In this document: in pieces, positions 55,390 through 64,000 of the stretch | Layout of the letters: the number at the start of each line of letters is the position of its first letter | Numbering within the stretch: the first letter of the stretch is position 1 | Source: Candidatus Thalassarchaeum sp. | GTDB taxonomy: Archaea; Thermoplasmatota; Poseidoniia; Poseidoniales; Thalassarchaeaceae | Reading direction: 5' to 3' | Assembly (NCBI GenBank): GCA_022451235.1 | Contig: JAKUOA010000002.1 | Span: 2,155-66,154 of the forward strand | DNA: 64,000 bases | The notes under the pieces: model-generated | Told to the model about the DNA's origin: nothing | Databases searched by the model: none | The model's input: only the letters and a program-made list of their open reading frames with translations | Translations under genes and position numbers: made by a program

Positions 55390-57408
55390 TCACTCTATAG
55401 CAGGGTCTGGAAAGCGTTGAAAAAACCTCTTGGCAAGACGACTAGTTCTCTCAGCATCTTGGCTTCTCATCACCATTAGGTTTGTAGGAATACAAAATCG
55501 GTATGGTTTTTCTCGAATTCTTTTTTCTAGGATTACTACGAGTGCCCTATCTTCGGCTTTTCTTATTGGCCGGCCAATTGCTTGTAGCACACTGTTTACT
55601 GCTGGTTGGTGACTAGAATACCTTCTAGCCGCGTTAGCTCCGAATTTGTCTTGACAATATTCTGTCAACGCCTTCTGTCGTGCACTAGGCGGTGGTACAG
55701 GAAGTCCAATACAAACCACTGCGTCCAGAATATTTTCGGGATAATCAACACCTTCTGCCAATTTCCCGGAAAGTACACCACAAAGCATTACTCTGTCATT
55801 TGTTCTGCGTTTTTTGAATAGATTCTCAACCATTTCTCCAACTTGTCGTTTACTCATTCGAGAAGTCTCCTTTTCTATCTGGATACCCCAAGGAACCCAG
55901 CGGTAATCATCCAATACCATATCCAACATTGCATAACTTTGTGCAAATAGCGCAACATGCCCTGGCGTATTGCGTAAAACCTCTATCACATGATCACGGA
56001 TATTGTTAGTATTGTTTTCACCACGTTCGGTATATCTTGAAGTGGTATTTTGGGCAACTAAAACCGGCCTTCTTTCTGATAAGAATGGTGAATCATAGTC
56101 CTTAGCAAACACTTTCCGTTCTTCATTTTCAGGTAGACGCAATAAATCTCTGTACATTTCAGCGGGAAACAATGTTCCTGACATGAGTATAGAACCACGG
56201 CAAGAGGCGAAAAGAGGGCCGGAAACTACACCTGGATCGAGCAGAAAAGACCTCACTCTAGGCTCATCAAGTAATTTATCAAAAACCAATACAAGGGCAG
56301 AAGAGCCATCATATTGCCCACAGGTGGTAATGAAGGCGGCTAACCTTTCACTACTGGTTTCTCTTTCATCATCGTCCTCATTTTCTAAATCTACACGAAC
56401 TGAGTATAATTGTGCAACTAGTCTATGAAGACTAGAGAGTCTTCCCTTTGGATTTTCTTCAAGTGTTTCATTAAGGATAGTTTCCATCTCATCTAGTAGA
56501 TTCCTAGTATCAATTTGCATATCTTCCTCATCTGAGCGAGATAATTCTTTTTCTTTCGCCGAGAACCAATTTGGCATCTGAGACTGAAGTCGTTTTAGAG
56601 ATCTTTCAGCCCATTCCATTTCGTCTAATTCAACGTCTTCTCCCTTTGAAGCCGCCAATTCAATGGCTGTTTCTAAGTGTTCTTGTACCTCAAATCGTGC
56701 GTCTCGAAAGGTGTTGGAAATTATTCGACGTTCCATACCATTACGAACTCTATCTGGCAAATTATGTGCCTCATCAACAATGAGAATGGTGTTTTCAATA
56801 TCTACTCCCATAGACGCTAACGATGCCTCTCTAACACTATCGATGAAAACGTGATTGTAATCACAAACCAATATGTCACAATTCTTCACTACCTCTCTAG
56901 CTGTTGTCCATGGACAGAGATTAACTCGTCTACAATTCTGAATTAAATCATCAACATGAGTCGGCCTTCGCAGAATATTCGCTTGCATATCATCTCTCAA
57001 TTCATCTCTCATCGAGGCGTCCAACTCATCTTCGCAATCGCATTTCCCACTCATTCTATCGACATTACGACACATACCATCGCGGCCGATTAGATCTACC
57101 AATCTTATCCTAGGCTCGGTTGTACCAAGCTTCTGGTTAATTTTCTGAACAGTGTCGACAACTATCCTATGCTGTGATTGACGACCTGTTAGGAATAATA
57201 TCTTCAGATTGTCAGAAGAAGATCTCTGTACATTAATCGCACTGGCTAATGAGGCAGCAGTTTTTCCTATTCCCGTTGGGGCCGAAGCCAGCAAAGTACC
57301 CTCGCACAATAAAGCCTCAATCCCATCCGTAATCATGTCCGATTGAGATTCTCTAACTTCGAGATGTGCGAAGTACCTCGCCGAAGAATCGACTACTTTC
57401 GCCGTCAT
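55390..57408 (-). CDS. xpd: XPD/Rad3-family 5'-3' DNA helicase with FeS domain
   Basis: Walker A APTGIGKTA, DEAH box VDEAHNL, and four Cys in the arch/FeS region (GMCRN..KCDCED..NLCPW). The ATG at 57408 (MTAKVVDSSARYF) is preferred. The upstream 65 codons of the listed ORF look non-coding. Confidence 0.9.
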   Translation of the reverse strand: MTAKVVDSSARYFAHLEVRESQSDMITDGIEALLCEGTLLASAPTGIGKTAASLASAINVQRSSSDNLKILFLTGRQSQHRIVVDTVQKINQKLGTTEPRIRLVDLIGRDGMCRNVDRMSGKCDCEDELDASMRDELRDDMQANILRRPTHVDDLIQNCRRVNLCPWTTAREVVKNCDILVCDYNHVFIDSVREASLASMGVDIENTILIVDEAHNLPDRVRNGMERRIISNTFRDARFEVQEHLETAIELAASKGEDVELDEMEWAERSLKRLQSQMPNWFSAKEKELSRSDEEDMQIDTRNLLDEMETILNETLEENPKGRLSSLHRLVAQLYSVRVDLENEDDDERETSSERLAAFITTCGQYDGSSALVLVFDKLLDEPRVRSFLLDPGVVSGPLFASCRGSILMSGTLFPAEMYRDLLRLPENEERKVFAKDYDSPFLSERRPVLVAQNTTSRYTERGENNTNNIRDHVIEVLRNTPGHVALFAQSYAMLDMVLDDYRWVPWGIQIEKETSRMSKRQVGEMVENLFKKRRTNDRVMLCGVLSGKLAEGVDYPENILDAVVCIGLPVPPPSARQKALTEYCQDKFGANAARRYSSHQPAVNSVLQAIGRPIRKAEDRALVVILEKRIREKPYRFCIPTNLMVMRSQDAERTSRLAKRFFQRFPDPAIE

Positions 57409-57544
57409 GGTTTCATACCTGACGATAGACCGCCCAAGAAGATTGGCTCTGTCTATGGTGAAATTCAAACTAAATCCGACGTAAACGATTCTGTGCAATT
57501 TGGAGATTAGACTACTTCTCCAAGAAAGGCTAATTCTGCTGATC

Positions 57545-57830
57545 TGTAAGGAATTGGGTGTGCCCCGCCCGAATTGGGCGGGACGGTGTGTGTTGAGTTT
57601 CAATTTTCACGATTCTCTAGATCGTGGTGTCTGCTACGTGTTGAAAGATTGGGGCGCGCTTGTCGAGGTGCATCAGAGGGCGAGTAACCTACTGCGTTGG
57701 ATAGTGTTGCTCTCTTTCGAAGACCATTGAATCCTACAGTAAGGGTCGCTCGAGTAGAAGTTTGTGCGGAGGGGCGACTTTGCCGCCCCCCCGCGGAGTT
57801 TGAGTGCATCCCATTCTCACCCACGTCTCT
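57545..57830. ncRNA. candidate structured RNA (unclassified) in a GC-rich, hairpin-dense intergenic region
   Basis: This is the largest gap in the window (57409-57837). It is visibly more GC-rich than the flanks. One 50-nt stretch from 57651 has 32 G+C by hand count. Three strong hairpins are present at 57564-57582, 57608-57626 and 57766-57794. No convincing ORF. The strand is undetermined. Confidence 0.3.
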
Positions 57831-57837
57831 CACCTCA

Positions 57838-58182
57838 TTATTCAGTCGAATCGTCAAATCGAGCACGAAGCTCTTCCAGGCGCTTACTTAGCACCGCATC
57901 GACTGTTGCATCGTCAGTAGAGGAGCGCGCTATGTGTTCGCGTGCTGCATATCTTAGGACAACATCTGGTTGTTCTCCGTGTATTCGACAAAAGTCTTCC
58001 AAGCGAACACTCAGGTCAGGCCCTAATTCTACCTCGATACGGGTGCCGGAAGAAAAAGCAGGTGTTGCCAGGTATCTCCTGATAGCCTCTCGAATAACAT
58101 CAGACTTGTTTCTCATCCCATCGAATCCAACCCTGCGCTCAAGTTCGAGCAAGTAGTCTTCTGGAATCCTTAGCGAAACCAT
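57838..58182 (-). CDS. ribbon-helix-helix (CopG/Arc-MetJ) DNA-binding protein, possibly with a second RHH-like unit
   Basis: The ATG at 58182 gives MVSLRIPEDYLLELERRVGFDGMRNKSDVIREAIRRYL (strand-helix-helix). A second similar pattern follows: IEVELGPDLSVRLEDFCRIHGEQPDVVLRYAAREHI. Confidence 0.65.
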   Translation of the reverse strand: MVSLRIPEDYLLELERRVGFDGMRNKSDVIREAIRRYLATPAFSSGTRIEVELGPDLSVRLEDFCRIHGEQPDVVLRYAAREHIARSSTDDATVDAVLSKRLEELRARFDDSTE

Positions 58183-58249
58183 CGGGCTTTGACCTACCAC
58201 ACTACCTTCCTCCTAAGTCTGCGAGAGGGCCGGGGGCTATTAAGTGTAT

Positions 58250-58288
58250 TGCAAATGAAATACAATTGAAATACAAAAGATGCAAAAT
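58250..58288. promoter_or_regulatory. AT-rich divergent promoter region with tandem 9-bp direct repeats (operator candidate)
   Basis: TGCAAAT-GAAATACAA-TT-GAAATACAA-AAGA-TGCAAAAT. GAAATACAA occurs at 58257-58265 and 58268-58276 (11-bp period), flanked by TGCAAAT and TGCAAAAT. The site lies between the RHH gene and the HD-domain gene. Confidence 0.3.
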
Positions 58289-58384
58289 TTTCAATATTTT
58301 TTCTAACCTTCTCGTCTTTCACCATATCTCCATAGCAGTTCAGTTGAAGGGGGGGGGTTATCTCGGAATCGTGCAGGGTGTGTC

Positions 58385-59701
58385 ATGAAGGTCATCAACG
58401 ACACGATACATGGACAAATTTCTCTTGATGGAGTCAGAGAAGAATTGCTCTCTACTCCAGAGATGAACAAACTAAGCCACATCAAACAATTAGGTCTTGC
58501 CCATCTCGTATTTCCGGGAGCTCACCATACACGTTTCGAACATTCACTAGGTGTCTCCCACGTAGGTGGGATGATGGCGGATGCAATGTCCTTAGATGAA
58601 TCTGAAAAGACGTTGGTGCAAGTCGCTGGCATGTTGCACGATGTCGGTCATGGTCCATATTCGCACACTCTAGAACATATCTTGCATGAGAGGGGAGGGC
58701 TTGATCACATGTCAATTACAGAAGGAATAATTCTAGGTGAATACGATGTTTTACGAGAAGGTGAAGTGGCTAGTGTCGAAAATAGAAAAAGCATCCCAGA
58801 TATTCTAGAATCTTACAATATTGAACCTGAAGATGTTGCAAGTTTAATCCGAGGTCCAGATGCAAGGGGCTCGGAGAGAACTCTAATATCCTGGACCGAC
58901 GGTAAGGAAGACTTGGTGACAGATGACAAAACTCTCGGTCATTTGGTTCACGGGCCAGTAGATTGCGATCAGATGGATTACTTACTACGGGATTCTCATT
59001 TTACAGGAGTTACACACGGAATCATAGATCATCATCGATTGATTTCATGTCTTCGAAGACATGGAGGAGACATTGCCGTAGAAGAGGGAGGGCTTGCCTC
59101 TCTTGAAGGAATGTTACTTGCTAGAGGTTTAATGTATAGTGCAGTATATTTCCACCGTGTAACAAGAGTCACGGAAGTTATGCTTAGTAGAGCAGTGGAG
59201 CGTTCAGAGGATATGCTTCCCGATCCTAAAGATATGCAGAGAAGTGTCGATGCCGAAATTTGGCAGGCACTTTACGAAGCGGGAGATTATTCCAGAGATA
59301 TGATGCGGCGACTAAAATATCGCCAGATGCTTAAGGTCGCCACTAGTAGAAGACAAGGTGATTTATCCGAATCACAAATAGAACGGTTAATTGAAATCGC
59401 CAATAGTTCGAAGAAGAGAAGAGAAATTGAGGATGATTTAGCGCATAGAGCAGGTCTCGAACCTGGATATGTTGCAATTGATGTGCCCAGTGTAAAACTC
59501 CTATTGTCTGAGCCTAGAATGGATGCAGTTGATATTCGAATTATCGGAGATGATGGTAAGACTAGAAAGATGAGTGAGCATACTCCAATCGCTGATGCAC
59601 TAAAAAAGAGGCAAGTTAGCCAAGCTGTAGTATACGTGATGACTCTCTCAGGCTATGAAAAATCGGTTGCAGAATTAGCCGAGAGAAATCTCTTTGGTTA
59701 A
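58385..59701 (+). CDS. HD-domain phosphohydrolase (SAMHD1/dGTPase-like, COG1078 type)
   Basis: 438 aa. HTRFEHSLGV, MLHDVGHGPYSH, DCDQMDYLLRDSHFTGV. Confidence 0.85.
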   Translation: MKVINDTIHGQISLDGVREELLSTPEMNKLSHIKQLGLAHLVFPGAHHTRFEHSLGVSHVGGMMADAMSLDESEKTLVQVAGMLHDVGHGPYSHTLEHILHERGGLDHMSITEGIILGEYDVLREGEVASVENRKSIPDILESYNIEPEDVASLIRGPDARGSERTLISWTDGKEDLVTDDKTLGHLVHGPVDCDQMDYLLRDSHFTGVTHGIIDHHRLISCLRRHGGDIAVEEGGLASLEGMLLARGLMYSAVYFHRVTRVTEVMLSRAVERSEDMLPDPKDMQRSVDAEIWQALYEAGDYSRDMMRRLKYRQMLKVATSRRQGDLSESQIERLIEIANSSKKRREIEDDLAHRAGLEPGYVAIDVPSVKLLLSEPRMDAVDIRIIGDDGKTRKMSEHTPIADALKKRQVSQAVVYVMTLSGYEKSVAELAERNLFG

Positions 59702-59702
59702 T

Positions 59703-61183
<1,481 letters not shown>

Positions 61184-61191
61184 AAATCTCT

Positions 61192-62022
61192 TCAAGACCG
61201 AGGCCGATTACCAGTTCCATCCGGAACATAGCCATGGTCTGCTTGGGTATTTACTAGTTGATTCTCAATGTTCTCTGGAATTTCATCTTCATGCATAGAT
61301 GAGAGGAATTTCTGCAATCGTTCAGTCTTTGGCTCGTTGATAATTGAGGAAGGTCCCTCTTCAGCAACTTGCCCATTATCTAGGTATACTATTCTGTCAG
61401 CCACATCCCTAGCGAAATTGATTTCATGGGTTACAATCACCATAGTCATTCCTTCGTCTGCCAGTCCTCGAATTGTTTTCAGGACTGAACCAATCAATTC
61501 TGGGTCTAGTGCACTTGTGGGTTCGTCGAATAGAATAACCTCCGGCTTCATCGCTAGCGCTCGAGCAATTGCAACTCGTTGCTTTTGCCCACCCGATAAA
61601 TTACCAGGATATGCTTCTATCCTATCTAGCATATCGACTCTTTCTAGAACCTCTAATGCTACCTCTTCGGCCTTCGATTTACTCATTCCACGAACATGAC
61701 GCAAACCTAGAGTGATATTGTCTAGAACTTTCAAATGAGAAAATAATTCGAATGACTGGAAAACCATTCCAATTCTGCTTCTAACTTCATTTACATCTGC
61801 TACAGGTGTGTTAATCTGTTCTCCTCGTAGTTCGATAATTCCTTCTGTGGGCTCAATCAATCTGTTGATACATCGTAGAACTGTAGATTTTCCTGAACCC
61901 GAAGATCCGATTACTGCGACTGATTCTCCTTCATGGACCTCGAAAGATACCCCCTTTACTGCATGAACTCCTCCGGGGTAAATCTTCTGCAAATCGCGAA
62001 TTGAAAGAACTACATCTGCCAT
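61192..62022 (-). CDS. polar amino-acid ABC transporter ATP-binding protein
   Basis: Walker A GSSGSGKST, signature LSGGQKQR, Walker B ILFDEPTSALDPE, plus a ~35-aa C-terminal extension. No spacer to the permease gene. Confidence 0.9.
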   Translation of the reverse strand: MADVVLSIRDLQKIYPGGVHAVKGVSFEVHEGESVAVIGSSGSGKSTVLRCINRLIEPTEGIIELRGEQINTPVADVNEVRSRIGMVFQSFELFSHLKVLDNITLGLRHVRGMSKSKAEEVALEVLERVDMLDRIEAYPGNLSGGQKQRVAIARALAMKPEVILFDEPTSALDPELIGSVLKTIRGLADEGMTMVIVTHEINFARDVADRIVYLDNGQVAEEGPSSIINEPKTERLQKFLSSMHEDEIPENIENQLVNTQADHGYVPDGTGNRPRS

Positions 62023-64000
62023 TCAAGCACCTCCTGAAATTCCCAGCCCAGGGATTTTTGTTTTCTCTTCTAATCTTCGAAGTAATAGGGCTAGAGTCCA
62101 AGTTACTACAAAGTAAGAAATCATCACTAATCCCCATGCGGAGAAAATTTGAAACGTGGTCGCAATCATCAGTTTTCCTTGTCTTGAAAGTTCAGAATAA
62201 CCAATTACCATCGCAAGTGAAGAATTCAATACTAAATTTACCATCTCGTTACCAATAGGCGGAATACAAATTCGAATAGCTTGAGGCATAATCACTAATC
62301 TCATTGTTCCCAAATAGGTCAAGCCGATGCTTCTACCTGCTTCCATTTGACCAGAAGGTATGGCGGAAATGGCACCACGTATAGTCTCGCACTGATACGC
62401 TCCGGAGTTAAGGCCTAGAGTGAAAATAGCGCTTAGAAAAGTTCTGTCACCGTAAAAGAAGTAGTCAATTCCATCAACACCGGGGTCACCAAAAGTTCCT
62501 TCCATCAATTGTTGAATTCGCATTCCTAGCCTTAGTCCGAAGTGAATGAACATAAATTGTACAATCAGAGGTGTGTTACGGAAGAAATCAGTATAGACAG
62601 TTGCTAATGAGTTCAATGGTCGAACTTTGAAAATAGGCCCGGACAATTTTTTATCGGCTAGTATGAATTGAATAGAAATTGTAACAATACCCAAACCCAA
62701 GGCAAACATTGCAAATCCTCGAGGGTCTCCAACAGGAGTAAAAATATACTCCAGCCCCTCTAATTGTAATTCTGGAAATCTATTGACTCCAGTGTATAAT
62801 AACCATAATCCGATTATCAAACAGACTGCTCCAAGCACCCTAATTTGATTTGTAGGATATCTTTCTAGTATATTCTTGAAAGATGTAGGTGCAGTCTTTA
62901 ACATCGCCAAGATTACCCCAATTGTGAATCCCAATAAAATTCCAAATAATACGATTTTTACTGTTGCAATAAATCCAGATAACAGCATATCATCCGCGTA
63001 TTCAACAAATTCTCCGAAATTATTGTAATCGGGAATTTGGAATCCAATATCTTCGTTTTCTCCTGCTCTATCGGTAAACAGGATGACTCCAGAATCGCCG
63101 ACTACTATACCCGAAACATAGTCAAACATAGCATGGTCATTGAACGATGTATTCACTCCAGCAGGTAGAATATTTGTTTCAACATTCATGCCTTGATCAA
63201 GACTTAACCCTAGAAATCCATCAGGTCCAGTGAATAGAATTTTTGAGGATGAGACCACATCAATAGAAGAAAGGTTAGTCGCCAGTGTCGTGTTATACCC
63301 AGCCGATTCAATTTCTCTTAATTGCCACTCAAATCCACCCGGAGATGTAGAGTAGAGTATTTGTCCAGAATCACTTACTGCGAACATACGATATGGATTG
63401 AAGTAAGATATAGAAACGATTGAACAATCTGGGTCTGGAGCTTCTCTGTAATCCCATGTGGCGCCACCATCATTTGTTGCAAGAATAGTCCCAGAATCAC
63501 CAACAGCCAATCCATCTTCATCTCCGTTGAAGTCAACATCGTGGAGGTTTTCATTGAAACTTGTTGTCCTATTCCACCAAGTTTGACCTGTGTACTGCCA
63601 GATAGCTCCTTCATTTCCTACTATTACGAGGGATTGTACTCCTGTTAATGCGATACTCTTCATTCCCGTTTGGCTAGAGTCGATTGTAATCCATTCAGAT
63701 CCGAAGCTATCTTTCATGTAGATTACACCCTCAGAAGACATTACAGCCATAGAGTTCTCATACGAGTCTGCTGAGATTAGGTCAGCATTTCCTAAATTAG
63801 TATGATTTTGCCATGTAGCACCAGAATCTTCGCTCAATCTAACGATTCCAGAATCTCCGAATACCCAGATTATTTCTCCATGAATGACCGCTGCATTTAG
63901 ATCGTAGTCAGTCCAACTTTCAGCCTCGTTCCATCCTGTAATTGTTTCTTGTCCGCTTGAATGGGGAATCGAGCAGATTAACAATATAGAGACTAGAATC
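62023..64000 (-). CDS. fusion protein: extracytoplasmic Asp-box (BNR) beta-propeller plus His/Glu/Gln/Arg-type amino-acid ABC permease; 5'-partial
   Basis: The frame stays open to the window edge (..ILVSILLICSIPHSSGQ, looks like a signal/anchor h-region). Asp-boxes SEDSGATW and TNDGGATW, with degenerate copies. From about aa 335 (about nt 62980) it is a polytopic permease with FFRNTPLIVQ and an EAA-loop (EAGRSIGLTYLGTMRLVIMPQAIR). Confidence 0.85.
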   Translation of the reverse strand, partial: ILVSILLICSIPHSSGQETITGWNEAESWTDYDLNAAVIHGEIIWVFGDSGIVRLSEDSGATWQNHTNLGNADLISADSYENSMAVMSSEGVIYMKDSFGSEWITIDSSQTGMKSIALTGVQSLVIVGNEGAIWQYTGQTWWNRTTSFNENLHDVDFNGDEDGLAVGDSGTILATNDGGATWDYREAPDPDCSIVSISYFNPYRMFAVSDSGQILYSTSPGGFEWQLREIESAGYNTTLATNLSSIDVVSSSKILFTGPDGFLGLSLDQGMNVETNILPAGVNTSFNDHAMFDYVSGIVVGDSGVILFTDRAGENEDIGFQIPDYNNFGEFVEYADDMLLSGFIATVKIVLFGILLGFTIGVILAMLKTAPTSFKNILERYPTNQIRVLGAVCLIIGLWLLYTGVNRFPELQLEGLEYIFTPVGDPRGFAMFALGLGIVTISIQFILADKKLSGPIFKVRPLNSLATVYTDFFRNTPLIVQFMFIHFGLRLGMRIQQLMEGTFGDPGVDGIDYFFYGDRTFLSAIFTLGLNSGAYQCETIRGAISAIPSGQMEAGRSIGLTYLGTMRLVIMPQAIRICIPPIGNEMVNLVLNSSLAMVIGYSELSRQGKLMIATTFQIFSAWGLVMISYFVVTWTLALLLRRLEEKTKIPGLGISGGA

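Noticed and set aside
57409-57603. A 65-codon N-terminal extension of the XPD ORF (start at 57603).
   Set aside because: The sequence (MKLNTHRPAQFGRGTPNSLQISRISLSW..) is unlike helicase N-termini and includes the GC hairpin at 57564-57582. The ATG at 57408 gives a normal XPD N-terminus ahead of the Walker A motif.
57545-57830. Attempted to name the GC-rich region as RNase P RNA, SRP (7S) RNA, a C/D or H/ACA sRNA, or an intron-containing tRNA.
   Set aside because: The universal motifs were not found on either strand. These are CR-I GAGGAAAGUCC and CR-V ACAGAA..GGCUUA, SRP helix-8 GGAA/AGCA context, RUGAUGA/CUGA boxes and a T-arm GTTCRAATC. Near matches such as GGCAAAGTCGCC are explained by a local hairpin. 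The region is left as an unclassified candidate.
55390-59701. XPD helicase, RHH protein and SAMHD1-like HD hydrolase considered as a possible anti-virus defence island (nucleotide depletion plus helicase).
   Set aside because: XPD and COG1078-type HD hydrolases are widely conserved archaeal housekeeping genes. There are no nuclease, TIR/Sir2, toxin or methylase partners, and the flanking genes are core metabolism. The evidence is insufficient for a defence call.

Overview
This is a gene-dense chromosomal segment: about 58 CDS and 1 tRNA, most spacers under 60 bp, and many 0-4-nt start/stop junctions. It comes from an archaeon. The evidence is aIF2-beta, aRF1 (NIKS/GGQ), class-I LysRS, aTrm56, archaeal-type UMP kinase, an XPD helicase and a NOG1-type GTPase. 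These lie among aerobic heterotroph genes: thiolase, a complete 2-oxoacid dehydrogenase operon flanked by lipA and lipB, glutamate dehydrogenase, CPSase carA/carB, an M28 peptidase, a peroxiredoxin and an amino-acid ABC transporter. The acidic proteome, a flotillin and giant repeat-rich surface proteins suggest a marine planktonic Thermoplasmatota-like lineage (MG-II/Poseidoniales-like), but that is inference only. I found no rRNA, CRISPR array, transposase or integrase. The items most worth a second look are as follows. (1) A two-gene surface locus at 42919-54876 whose second gene encodes a 2,988-aa protein. It reads TM anchor, Ca-binding TSP3-like repeats, transglutaminase core, a dozen or more beta-sandwich modules, TM, then a DUF4129-like tail. 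(2) A Tat-less molybdopterin oxidoreductase whose FeS subunit is fused to its membrane anchor, abutting a TauE/SafE anion-exporter gene with no spacer (SoeABC-like sulfite-handling hypothesis). (3) A 429-bp GC-rich, hairpin-dense intergenic gap at 57409-57837 that may hold a structured RNA I could not classify. (4) An Asp-box beta-propeller fused to an amino-acid ABC permease. (5) A SAP-like motif, TM helix and M28 peptidase in one protein. Start codons are refined by eye where an internal ATG fits family N-termini or removes overlaps. All family calls rest on motifs read from the translations, not on database searches.
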